A program made the position numbers and the translations under genes. Shown here piece by piece: positions 50,459 to 62,881 of a stretch of 62,881 nt of DNA (the stretch's first letter is position 1; each line of letters starts with the position of its first letter). A model generated the notes under the pieces. It did not search any database. It saw only the letters and a program-made list of their open reading frames with translations, and was not told the DNA's origin. This DNA is from Octopus bimaculoides (lineage: Eukaryota), in the NCBI RefSeq assembly GCF_001194135.2, contig NC_068993.1, positions 43,002,402 to 43,065,282 of the forward strand, written 5' to 3'.

Positions 50459-50545
50459 GTGAGAAGAAGAAGAAGAAGAAGAAGAAGAAGAAGAAGAAGA
50501 AGAAGAAGAAGAAGAAGAAGAAGAAGAAGAAGAAGAAGAAGAAGA
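50361..50545. repeat. Compound (AAT)n(AAG)n microsatellite
   Basis: Direct reading. Confidence 0.97.
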
Positions 50546-52906
50546 ATCGAGTGCTAATCCTTAGATTTGTTTTTCCTAGAAATTATTTTAGTGTAAAATG
50601 GAAGAGAAATATAATAAAAATACTTCTACATTATCGGTATGCATAGAAGTCCGCGAAGTTCTGGAATGGCTATCACTATCTCAAATGGAAAGGAAAAGGG
50701 CAGAGGATTGGACGGTTTTTTTTTCATTGCTTTTTTTTTCCTTTTCCTGGTATTTCTGTGTTTCCATACAACGGGATTTACGATTGGGAAAGAAAGTTTT
50801 TCCCAAGATTTCGATTTTTTACCTCCCTACACCTCATATCCCAATTTCGTGCTCTTTTCTTTCACCATGAAATAACGATAACTATTCCGAAACACCACTT
50901 AGAAGTCATAGTAGTGAAAGAAGACAAGAAAATAACAGGAAATTATGAAAAACAGCTGATAAACGTTAGTCTCCAACATAAACCATAAAGCTAACAGTAG
51001 GACACTGCGGAGAGTAATTGATAACATCAACAACAACAACATAGGTCAAACAACACACGGTTCACACTACCAACTTTGATTTGTCCACATTCCAACGACA
51101 AGAAAGCATGAACAGAAACACCACTTTAGAACATATATTATGCAATCTCTGTATGAGTTCCAATTATATTTATTCTTTATATCTGTCGTATAACGACGCT
51201 CCGATCATTCGGAAAAACTGTATCACTCTAATATAAATTCTCCTAATTTGTACTACACCACTGGCTAATAAAGAAGAATCTGCATTATTCTAGACACGTG
51301 AAATAAATCAAACAGAACAATGACATTGAAAGAGCAGAGACATGTGCCATATAACAGGGAAAATACTTATTACGTGACATTCACCAGCAGCCAATCAAAT
51401 ATCATTATGATTTCAACACTTTAAAGTAGCGTCACTAACTCCGATGGTGTCAAACAGCATTAAGAAATATAGTTCAACGTTTTGAAGAACATACTTTCAT
51501 ATTTGTACAGGGATACAACTCACAAGCAGATAAATCGAAAGGATTAGCACATAAAAAGAATATTAAGAAGAAAATTACATCACATAAATTAAAATACTTA
51601 TGAATAAAACCTAAAAGCATACCTCGAATAAAAATGATAAAACACTGGTGAAGCAAACGATAAAGAGGCTAAACGATCAACACTCAAGTGCAAATAATTC
51701 TACAAGATAGCCATATTTGGTCTGGCCAGCTTACTCAGCCTCTCAAGGGAAGTGGAAGGGCGATATTAGGGCCTCTCTTGAGAAAAGGACGAATATTAGC
51801 TGAAGTGCAACTTGCGGAGAAAGATATGGATCCTAAGCGGAAGTGGTCATCATTAATGAATAAGAGTTAGAAGAAAAAGAAAAAAAGAAAAAAGAATGAA
51901 AGAGATGACGGCCCACAAAAAGAAGAAAATAAACCGCATCCATTAACAACTTACACTATAAAACAAGACTATTAAAATTTAAAGGACATGGAAAATGATG
52001 GATTCATTTGATAAAGTAACCTTATCGATGTAGAAAACACGAGATAGTTACGGTTGAACATCTGTGATCATATTATTTGCTCAATTAGCATTGACCTGGA
52101 GTTAAACAGCGCCAACATTGCGTATAGAGACGTAGCCTGAAAGGGGGACAATATGTCATCCATACAATTCACCATTAAACGTCTGTGTGTGATATGTGTT
52201 GGCGCTATACATCTGAAACAACGGATCTGTGGGTTTCGTCTCGTCGTTTGACCGGCAACCTTTATGTGATATATCTAATCGATCAGAATTGACCTGCCAC
52301 TACACAGTAGCAATTTATCTTTAAAAAATTATATACTTCAATATGGCAGATCTTACTTTTTATTTTAAGTCTATACTTTTATAAAACATAAAATACGGTA
52401 AAATAAAATAAAATAGTAATGCGAATTGACGCATTAAGAGCTGCGTTTGAAAATGGCTACACAAAGATACACATTAACATAAAACAGTAGTTTTATATTT
52501 TGTTCAGGAAAGCAAGCATATTATTTCTGTACAGTCATTCAGTGATGTATGAAGAAAGAAAATAATGGGTAAACAAGACTCGGGTGTATAGCTAAGCTTT
52601 TCCTGTCCAACGGTCATGATTTTGTGTCATTTTAAACCAGATATATTTACCTGCGATTAGATTAGTTGCAGCACCAATGCAATCATTTACTTCTATATCT
52701 CTATTTTTTTGACAGCTTCATATATTTTTGTTACGTCTTAAAATGGCGAACGTTTGCAAGAAATATTGAATTCTCACCAATCATACTGTTCAGATTATCA
52801 TGATTAATTCGAATTTTCTCTTTACAGTTAATCGGGCTTTAATTTCCTCGTACTTTCAAGGGAACTTGGAGAAATAGAGAAAAGGTAAAAGAGAAGGAGA
52901 GTGCAA

Positions 52907-52972
52907 GAAGAAGAAGAAGAAGAAGAAGAAGAAGAAGAAGAAGAAGAAGAAGAAGAAGAAGAAGAAGAAGAA
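52907..52972. repeat. (GAA)n microsatellite
   Basis: Direct reading. Confidence 0.97.
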
Positions 52973-53979
52973 GCAGAATAAGAAAACGAGAGAAGTTGAA
53001 AGCAAAAAAAAACAAAAACTAAAACGAGAACGGGAACGAGAACATAAAAGCTGGGAAGTTAAACAAAGGGGAAAGAAGTAAGAAATGGCAAATAACTGGA
53101 GAATATCATAGGGAAAATGGTGAATAATAATAAGAAGAATAGGATAAGTGAGTAACGAGAGGATAAGAGAAAGGGAAGGGAAGCTAATAGAAACGTAGAG
53201 GAATAGCTATTGTTTTCCTTCAACCGTTTCCTCTCTGCTCGTTCAACATGTTATTGTATTCCCCTCTACTGACTAAACCTTCGCTCTTATTCTCACGTGA
53301 CTATTCAAACCGTCATACTCAACCGACATGCATTCATAAAAAGCTTGATTCCTTTTGCATTGTTTTTGTTTTAGTTTTTGTGTTTTTGGAGGGTTTTTTA
53401 TATTTTTGCTTTTCTTTTCTTTTTTTTTCTTTTTTTTTTTTCATTCGTTACCCAGTGGTATACAAACAAATAGCTTTTATCCACTTGGATAAACTGCCAT
53501 CTTAGTTCTAAAGCAAAGAACAAAGAATTTCACCGGAATCTACGTAGATTAAATAGAGATAACCGCGTCCCATGGTAATATTTACATGATGCAATATATT
53601 CTCGTGAAAGGAATAATTTAGAGGAACTTGCGTTGGGGAAGCGATTTTCTGTTTCTCCTTCTATTCCATCAAATTGAAGTGTGTGGGAGTTGGAAGCGGA
53701 GCAACAGCAGCAGCGGCAGCGGCGGCTGCGGTGACGGTAGCATATAAAGCATTCAATAGACTACGTTATATACAACAATCGGATCCATTTGTTATTGGAG
53801 AAATGCTGCAGTAAAGTAGTTCTCAGGCAAACGACAGGCAGCATTGCGTTCCATTACAAAATTCGTATTATATGTTATGTAACAGTTTATGAATGTATTT
53901 TCTATAATAAATAAACATATATATGTGTGTCTATGTGTATGTATGTATGTATGTATATAGCATACATATAATGTGTGTA

Positions 53980-54049
<70 letters not shown>

Positions 54050-54212
54050 GATAGTTAGATAGATGTATACATAAATAGATAGATAAAAGAAGAGAAACAA
54101 TGTAAAGTTTGTATGGTAATTATATGAATATAAACGTGCGTACGTGTGTGCATATATTCAAATACATACATACATATACAAAGATATACACATATATATG
54201 TATGTATGTGTG

Positions 54213-54247
<35 letters not shown>

Positions 54248-54256
54248 GCATACACA

Positions 54257-54292
<36 letters not shown>

Positions 54293-54297
54293 GTAGC

Positions 54298-54353
<56 letters not shown>

Positions 54354-54542
54354 CGGGCGGACGTACGGACGGACGGATGGTTGGATGGATGGATGGATGC
54401 ACGGCTACATGTTCGTGTGGAATGTATACAAATTTTATTCCTCCCCTTCCTCCTCCCCTTCCTCCTCCCCTCTCTCTCCGCATATATATATGTGTGTGTA
54501 TGTGTAATATATGCTTGCATACATACATTGTATACATATATG

Positions 54543-54608
<66 letters not shown>

Positions 54609-55769
54609 CATATATACACAAGTATGTATATATGTATATATATTATATAATCACGCGTCGATCAAGAAGAACAATCTGCATTCATTTCGTCAAGCTTTAA
54701 TAATCAGTTACTTTAAGTTTCCAAGACAAACACATTCCTATTATTTGCAATACAAGAATGTAATGAAAAATTATTGATGAGAAAAAAGACTAAAATTTCT
54801 TCAGATTATAATTGGGTGACAGAAATAAGGAAAAAGAATATAAGACAAAACAACGAATTCAATGAAGGCCATTTTAGTTAATCCTACCGTATTCTTCTCA
54901 TCATATCTGCAAGCTTTTCAATTGACAAAGTTATGGATTCAATCATGAGTGGAATTAGAAAAAAAGCTGAAAATAACTTTAACTCCAGAATTCTACGATT
55001 TGGTTTTAAATTAGATTAGCAGATGAAGTTCTAACGTCTTGCAGGCATATTGCCTAATGTATTCATTTAGAATTATTTCTTTTGAAAATATTCCGATTAT
55101 TTCCATTTTGGTTGGTTTTAAATTAAATAGACCGAGGTGAGGAAATGTAACAGAAATGCACAGCAAAATAACTTCAAACATGCAACAGAACAACAACAGC
55201 AGCAACAACAACAAAATCAGACATTCCATTCTGCATAACGTTTTGTATAGTTCTAGAATGCACGAATAGAGATGAATGTTTATCTCGGATCTTTTTTTTT
55301 TCTTTTTGAAGAGTAGAAAGTTTTGTTGTATTATAGTTAATATTCTTTATTGTATCTTTTTTTTTGCATTTCCTCCACGATTGCTATTTCTTATCTTTAT
55401 TGTTTTATTCTCTCTCAATTCCCGTCTATTTCCTCCTAACCCCCATCCACCGCTCCCCTCCACAAACACACATACACACGCATTTCTTTTGAACAACACA
55501 TTTTTTTAATTATCAGATCATTGTGTAGTCATATATAATAAGAAAATATTATGTCACAAGAAATATCTTATATAAAAAAAATGTCACGATGACCTTTATG
55601 TCGTTAGCAAAATGGACGGTTTATCTGTTTGCAGTATTCATCGTAAAATCTTAACAATAATGATTTCTTTCCACACAGCCACCCAAATACAAGGTCAATA
55701 ATTGTAATGGATTGAGAGACATAATCGACTGAATCAATCTTAATACGTTACCAATATTTGTCTCTACCA

Positions 55770-56010
55770 AGATAGCGAACTGGCACAATCTTTGGCAAGT
55801 CGAACAAAATGCCTAGTGGCATTTCTTCCGGCTTTTTACGATCTAGGTTAAAATTTATAGCAGCATTTCGCTCGCCTTTACGTTCTGACTTCAAATTCCA
55901 CCGAGGTTGACTTTGCCTTTCACTCTTTCGGGGTCGAAGAAATAAGTGCCAGTCACGTACTGGTCGATATAATCGATGGGCACCTTTCCCCTCAAAATTT
56001 CTAGGTGCGA
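55770..56010 (+). mobile_element. Diverged SINE family A with internal head duplication
   Basis: Two successive GCATTTC..C.G..TTTACG.TCT..GTT.AAATT segments, then GACTTTGCCTTTCACTCTTTCGGGGTCGA. Confidence 0.75.
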
Positions 56011-56464
56011 GTCTTGTCGAGGGTGGGATACTTTTCACCGATTCTAATATGACTTCAAACCGTGTCTTTGGTGAGAAGTGAACCTAAAAGGTAAGAATAT
56101 GAAAATAAACACTGGAAGGCATTTAATCCGACGCTCCACCAAAGCTCAGTCAATGTCATGTTACTATTAACAATGGCAAAGGCACAAATACATCGGAACT
56201 TCTAACAGGGACCATCATGATAACGTGTAATTACTTTTGATGCTTGGATGAAATAGTTCAAAGAATGGGCAAGATAGCATAAATATGAAATATTTGATAG
56301 AGACTAGAAATAATAGTCATTTACAGCATAGTTATGAATGACTATGGCTTAGTCAATAAAATTTTCGACCTGAAAGGATGAAAAGCATCGTTGACCTTGA
56401 CATAACCATTTTCTCCAACGATTTAATGACACTATCAGCACAGAACATTGATGATGATAACAAC

Positions 56465-56538
<74 letters not shown>

Positions 56539-56651
56539 NNNNNNNNNNNNNNNNNNNNNNNNNNNNNNNNNNNNNNNNNNNNNNNNNNNNNNNNNNNNNN
56601 NNNNNNNNNNNNNNNNNNNNNNNNNNNNNNNNNNNNNNNNNNNNNNNNNNN

Positions 56652-56715
<64 letters not shown>

Positions 56716-56717
<2 letters not shown>

Positions 56718-57039
56718 AAAGGTTCACAAATGTGGAGACCTGAAAGTTGAGACCGCCAAGTTGTAGCAACTGGGCAGCTCAAACATAAAGGCTTTTCCCG
56801 TTGACATCGGAGCATTGAGTTCAATACCACCCAACCTGAAGGAAAATCTGGACAGTTTAGAAAAACCCTACAATCCTGGTGCATTGCAAAAATCGGCTTT
56901 ACTTGGAACTGCACGTATAGTGCGTAAAGTATTGTCTACCTGAGGTGCTTGTTGTGACTTGAGAGGCAGTACAAACCCCCCGGTACTGTGCAATGTCTTC
57001 AACCTACAACATTACGATACTGGATACTATGCGACGTCT

Positions 57040-57040
<1 letters not shown>
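56716..57040 (+). mobile_element. R4/Dong-like 3' end followed by (TAA)n
   Basis: KVHKCGDLKVETAKL*...FPVDIGALSSIPPNLKENL...LQKSALLGTARIVRKVLST*, then short UTR and (TAA)n at 57041-57112. Confidence 0.8.
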
Positions 57041-57113
<73 letters not shown>

Positions 57114-59639
57114 CTCTATTTTAAGTACAAGGCTGGCAATTTTGAGAAAAGGCACTAGTAGATACTACCACCTCGAGTACCTGACTGCTACTTTAATGAT
57201 AATAATATAATCTTGAAATTGAAATGAATATGTGGAATATGAAAGCAAAAACATAAATAACTGTAAAACTAAGTATGATAAGAACAAATATGAACAAAAA
57301 CATAGAAAGTTTACAACTTATATACACCCTAAAAGTTAACCTTCGTAGGCACAACCCACGTCATATGAAGAATGAGTACATTAACTTAACTCAAATGCTA
57401 TATTCTATGCTCACAGCGTACAACCCAATGCAATAAAATCTCAATAAATAACGACAGAACATATACTCTATATAATCATCATTAAACAATACAATACAGT
57501 AGATATTCTTACACAATCGAAACCCAATAATATAAGATCAATATAAAACTCATACATCTTACATTCTACAAAGTTGCAAGCCATTAAATCATATACGTGT
57601 ATGAATGTATGTGTTGTATCTTGGCAAATAACATACGCACTCATTTTGTTCTACTTCTTGTTATTATTATTACTCACTAGCTAAATAAGGGATTAAATGA
57701 TTGCTTCGTTAATGATTTTAACAATCGTATGGTCAATAACACCGTGTAACAAAATTTTTATTTATTTATATTTATTTTTATTTTGTCTTTGGCTAGTAAG
57801 TGTTATTTCCTATTTGATTCTATGTAGAAAACAAAGGAAATGACAACTATTGCCTTCAAACTTTGCTTTTGTGACCGGGGCATCAATGTTTTGAAACTGA
57901 CCTATTTTCCATTACATTTCAGACAGATTCGGCGCTGAGTTGCTGAAGCAGAAATATCATTATAACAAATATTCTGCTCAATATCACAGATTTGCTGGTC
58001 ATAGAATTACATACATAGAAACTTATGAGATTTTTAAGTATAGGGACAAGAACAACTTGATTGATAATAAACTAGACCTAAGGGTGTCAACCATGCATAG
58101 TGTCACCCATACATTTAAGTATTTTCGAAACTAACAATTAAAGTTACCATACTTGAACTTTGATGGTGGAAATTAATTTTGGTGTCGTATTCGTTGTAAA
58201 CTTACCCTCCAGTATTAAATATAAAACAATCATGAGATATTATGTTATATGGTGAATTATATTGCATTACATATGTTATATGCTATGTGCTGTGACATGT
58301 GGTGTGCTATATGTAATACTATCCCATGATAATCCTTGCCTAGTTAGTCTGACTTCATCCTATTTTCATGATTACACTAGTTTCCTTTCTATGACGTTCT
58401 ACCCTACTGATCATATTATATATACTTGTTGTGACTTTATGTAAGTAAGTCTCATTTTGACTACATCATATACCCCCTAGAAACTATAAAATCAGACATA
58501 CAATAACACCGGTAACATTACAATTTATAAAATCCCTCGGTTTGAATACATTTAACTGTCCTCACTACTTCCATACCTATAACACCCTTTTTTCGGGTTA
58601 CCTTTATCTTTTCCCTGACACTAATTTTAATCCCCTGTATCTTTATATGTAGGTTATATGTATTTCTTATTATTTTCTATAAATTCTTATTATTTTGATT
58701 TCTTATTTTGATATCCGTATTTATTAACCTCTTATCCTTTATAAATTGTTAATTTTCTTGTTCTTAAATTGATATTTTTCAGTTACTTAAGTCAATGCGA
58801 GATATTTATACTATATCCATATAAGCGTATAAATATTTGTGTATGTGTATATATGCATATATGCACATATATGTGTGTCTGTGTATCTGTATGCATTTTT
58901 ACACTTTTCTGATTCATGGCTTAAAATAAATATTTAGCATGTATATCTTTCCAGTTATTCCATATGTAAATGCCTTGAGCAGTCTTTATAGAAACCACCT
59001 AATAAGCATTTAATTAAGTAGATGAATGGATATTAAACTGATTCTAAGTAATCTTCCTTTTTAATGTTTATAATTGATATATACAGACTTTTTACCTATC
59101 TTGGTTATATCACTTTTAAAATTCTTCAATTTTAAGTTTTATTTTTATACAACAGAACAATATTGTTTATAAACATTCCCTCATAGTGCTCCTAAATAGA
59201 ATTTCCTCTGTATTAAAATCATAGGTTTCTTAGCGACTTGCCCCATTAACAGGTAATTAGCATCATGATTTAAAGTCTACCTCTACCCTGCCTCGTCTTA
59301 TAGACAGTTACTTATATCCCACTGACTACTCTTAATGTCTTATTTCCTCCCTAGAGAAAAGGATACATACGATAATATTTATGACCATACCTAGCCATGA
59401 GCTGTCAACTCACTCTTGTCCTTTATTCAAAATAGACAGTCTTCTCGCCTTAGAATTAGTAGTTGATGAATATATAAATGGATTAGAAATGAATTACAAC
59501 CCTTACAACTCTATGTTCCATAGAAGTTGTAGTCTATTCTTAGTTACAATAGCGACAACATGAATTTCTTTCATCTTGCTCTATTAAAATATTAAAGAAA
59601 ATTATATTAATGTATCCTACTTGGTAAAATTCCGTATAT

Positions 59640-60410
59640 TTATTTGTGCAGCTGAAGATAAATTACAGACGATGATAAACATGAGTTTACCAAGAATCAA
59701 TATTTAAAGAAAACAGAAAATGGAGAAATATTGATGAACAACAACTGACTTACATCAATTATTATTTAACATATAATGAAAAGAAACATAAGTAACTCCA
59801 GAATATGTGGTGATGGACATGAAACAATAAATCTGACTGCCCAGCGCTGGTTAAGAAGGAATATATTCACAGATACGACAGAGATGGGACCTATATACAC
59901 TGGAAGCTATACCAACACTATGGAATAATAACAGAAAAAAAAAGATGGTATAGGCACACGCCAGAAAAGGTCACGGAAAATGAGAAAGCAACTATGCCAG
60001 TACACACAGATAGAGAAATTAAGGCAAATAGGCCGGATGTAGTTGTCAGAGATCATGAAGTAAAAACATGTTTTCTAATTGATGTATCAATACCAACAGA
60101 TGACAACGTTTCTCTAAAAGAATTGGAGAAACTTTCAAAATACAAAAACCTCGAAATAGAGGTAACTCGAACGTGGAGTCTAAAAACAGAAACAATTCCT
60201 ATCATCGTGGGCGCATTAGACATGATAAAAAAATATTCAGACAAATACATAACAAAAACACTAGGACTAACAAATATATATATATAAAACACAGAAAATA
60301 GCACTATTAGGCACCGCAAACATCCTAGGTAAAACGCTTTCAATACAGTAACTAAAAGAGCAGCACATACCCAAGGCACACAGGGCTGCGTTCGGTAGAA
60401 CAGTGAAAGC
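59640..60410 (+). mobile_element. R4/Dong LINE 3' portion with RLE endonuclease motif
   Basis: RICGDGHETIN..CPALVKKEYIHRYDR.GTYIHWKL; ORF 59994-60287 PVHTDREIKANRPDVVVRDHEVKTCFLIDVSIPTD...KLSKYKNLEIEV.RTWSLKTETIPIIVGAL. Confidence 0.9.
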
Positions 60411-60442
60411 ACTTCATAAAAATAATACTGCTGAATAATAAT

Positions 60443-60891
60443 CTTGAGGCACTCCGTCGGTTACGACAACGAGTGTTCCGGTTGATCCAAACAACGGAAC
60501 AGCCTGATCGTGAAATTAACGTGCAAGTGGCTGAGCACTCCACAGACACGTGTACCCTTAACGTAGTTCTCGGGGATATTCAGCGTGACACAGAGTGTGA
60601 CAAGGCTGACCCTTTGAAATACAGGCACAACAGAAACAGGAAGAAAGAGTGAGAGAAAGTTGTGGTGAAAGAGTACAGCAGGGTTCGCCACCATCCCCTG
60701 CCGGAGCCTTGTAGAGCTTTAGGTGTTTTCGCTCAATAAACACTCACAACGCTCGGTCTGGGAATCGAAACCGCGATCCTATGACCACGAGTCCGTTGCC
60801 CTAACCACTGGGCCATTGCGCCTCCACACTATCATAAATAGATATTATTTAACAGTTTCTATTAATTGACCACTGGGCCATTGCGCCTCCA
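60443..60891 (-). mobile_element. tRNA-derived SINE with a re-initiated 5' end, inside a candidate 10-bp TSD
   Basis: Minus head TGGAGGCGCAATGGCCCAGTGGTTAGGGCAACGGACTCG...GGTTTCGATTCCCAG; GAATAATAAT at 60433-60442 and 60892-60901. Confidence 0.85.
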
Positions 60892-62430
60892 GAATAATAA
60901 TGATAATAATAATAATAATAATTCTATCGACCTTGAAATGATGAAAAAGAAATCTGGCGTTAGTGGGAACTGAACTTAGAACTTATAGGATCGGAAGAAA
61001 TACTCTTAATGCATTTTGTCATATACTCTAAAAATTCTGGCGGGCATGTCTCCATGGTTAACAAGTCGATTCTGGAACCTTGGGTATGTGATTTCTATTA
61101 TAACTAATTCCTAGTGAGTGAATCTGATAGAAAGGAAACTGTATGGAAAACTGTCGTATGTCTTTGTTTTCCCCTTCAGACTTCAATCATAAATAGTGGG
61201 AAGGTTTTCTCGACTAAACTCTTGAAGGCGGTGCTTCAGCATGACCGTTATCGACTGACCGAAAGGTAAAGTAAATCCCGGGGGCGATCACATTTCAGAA
61301 ACTAAGCCATATTTGGCATCTACTGGTTCTAACACATCACTGAGGGCAAGCACTACATGCATGATACTCTTTTGATTCAATACTTTTAGAGCCAAGTTCA
61401 AATACCCCTGCTTCCATATTTTACAGTACCAATAAAACACATCCGTAAGTACTGGTTATATACTGAGATTTCTTGAATAACTGCACTTTTTCCTTTCTCA
61501 AATTTGTTCAGCTAATACAAAGAAAATCAATAAAGAAAAAAAGGAAAGTGTGAGTTAACTTCAGTAAGATGTTAAACTTGTAACGCATAATTTTTATCCG
61601 GTCGTCAAATTGCCAACTTCCGGTCTGTATTTGCTAATATTTCTTAAATAAATTCTTTCAGGAAGTCGCTGCCAAAATTTTGCACTGCCTAACAGATTGG
61701 ATTTTCCTGTTAAAGCCGCCTGTATGACCTGAAATATCACCTTGCCGCTGCACTTCACTAATCATTTTAAGTTCGTTCATTTTTGTCTCTTATTCTTTTT
61801 CTTTATTTTATGATATTCACTGAAAAATATGTCTTTTTAAGTCGACAATGAAACTTTTGTGACAGCCTCTCTGGATTATAAGTTCTACAGTTGCTTTGCT
61901 AAAAAAAAGGAAATGAACATAAAACAAAATTTATATTTTATGTTTTACTTAAATTGAAACGGAAGTTACACTGCGTTTCTTTGCCGGCTGCAAACCTCAT
62001 ATATTTGATGGAAATCAGAAAAAGAAAAAGTTGATATTTACTGTAGATATGAAAGCTGTATCCCACCTGTTTTTCCATATAAGTTTTAAATTATTCAAAG
62101 ATAAATATATATATTATACATATGTAATATATAATTACACTATGTTCATATGCATACACATATGTGTATTTAAATGTATATACATATGTATCCACACACT
62201 CACACGCACATACAAATATATATGTATTATACACAAACATACGTGTATGTACATATCATACACATACATATGTATTTGTGTATGTATATACATAGGTTTA
62301 CGGTTGCCAAGAATATGCACCCATAAGTTAAGACTTCCTGCGGTCAACATATTTTGGAACAACATCTTAAAGAAATGGATTTGTAGTGAAAGTTTTTATA
62401 GTTGTATGTAAGTAGGTACGTTTATGTAAG

Positions 62431-62690
62431 GGCGCATGACCTAGTCGTTAGAGAGTAGCACTCTCGATCATGAGATCGCGGTTTCAAATCCTGGACCGGA
62501 TTGCACGTTGTGTTTTAAGCAAACCACTTAGTCTCACGTTTTCTCTAATCACCGCAACACTTTATGTGTTGTAAACCGTGCACCTGATTAGACAATGCCG
62601 ATTTGATAGAGGGATTGAGCTAATGTATAGCACAACCATTTGATCGCTAAAAGCAAATCATTGTACAGGTTCTTCAGTAAGAAATTGCAG
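62431..62690 (+). mobile_element. SINE family C copy
   Basis: GGCGCATGACCTAGTCGTTAGAGAGTAGCACTCTCGATCATGAGATCGCGGTTTCAAATCCTGG...GTTGTGTTTTAAGCAAACCAC. Confidence 0.75.
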
Positions 62691-62770
62691 ACACTGTCTC
62701 TCTCGAACTACTAGAGATTACCATCATATATGATTATATTGGTTTCTTCTTTATTTTTTCTCTCCTTGTT

Positions 62771-62808
62771 TCTTTCTGTGGAGGAGCGTAGGCTCGAAAC
62801 GTTAAAGA
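62771..62808 (+). ncRNA. Minimal type-I hammerhead ribozyme motif with variant core, probably a Penelope-like tail
   Basis: TCTTT-CTGTGGA-G-GAGC-GTAG-GCTC-GAAA-CGT-T-AAAGA: perfect stems I and II, palindromic AACGTT stem III. Confidence 0.7.
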
Positions 62809-62881
62809 CTTTTTCACTTCCCGAGCGTTAAACTAATACATCTGTTTGTTGTGTACACCACCTGTCTTCATCTTTTTTTTT

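Noticed and set aside
52108-52206. 10-bp inverted repeat AGCGCCAACA/TGTTGGCGCT, 79 nt apart
   Set aside because: Several such matches are expected by chance in 60 kb at this spacing.
58480-59560. Possible very old CR1-type endonuclease region on the minus strand
   Set aside because: No motif could be read with confidence.
61660-61730. 60-nt plus-strand exon-like segment (EVAAKILHCLTDWIFLLKPP)
   Set aside because: Weak donor, no recognisable homology, no neighbouring exons.

Overview
Eukaryotic, AT-rich, gap-ridden (many N runs, mostly flanked by (TA)n) non-coding DNA dominated by microsatellites and decayed transposons. The tRNA-derived SINE families, R4/Dong, RTE/BovB, Tx1 and Penelope fragments resemble those I know from octopus genomes (coleoid cephalopod; species assignment is inference). 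I find no host protein-coding gene I can support; most ORF-track entries are translated microsatellites, N-gaps or antisense/degenerate retroelement pieces. Supported content: about 18 copies or fragments of one tRNA-headed SINE (family A), several copies of two or three other SINE families, several R4/Dong LINE pieces, four RTE-clade pieces, one Tx1/L1 3' end, a CR1-like relic, two Penelope-like (GIY-YIG) 3' ends, an internally deleted mariner with TIRs and TA TSD, and a 200-bp mariner-type MITE. Most notable signals: (1) minimal type-I hammerhead ribozyme motifs tied to Penelope-like tails at four places, one directly downstream of a tRNA-like Pol III cassette inside the element's 3' region; (2) one SINE-A tail matches the Tx1 LINE 3'UTR present in the same window; (3) several strong unexplained hairpins/palindromes at 14.3-19.5 kb.
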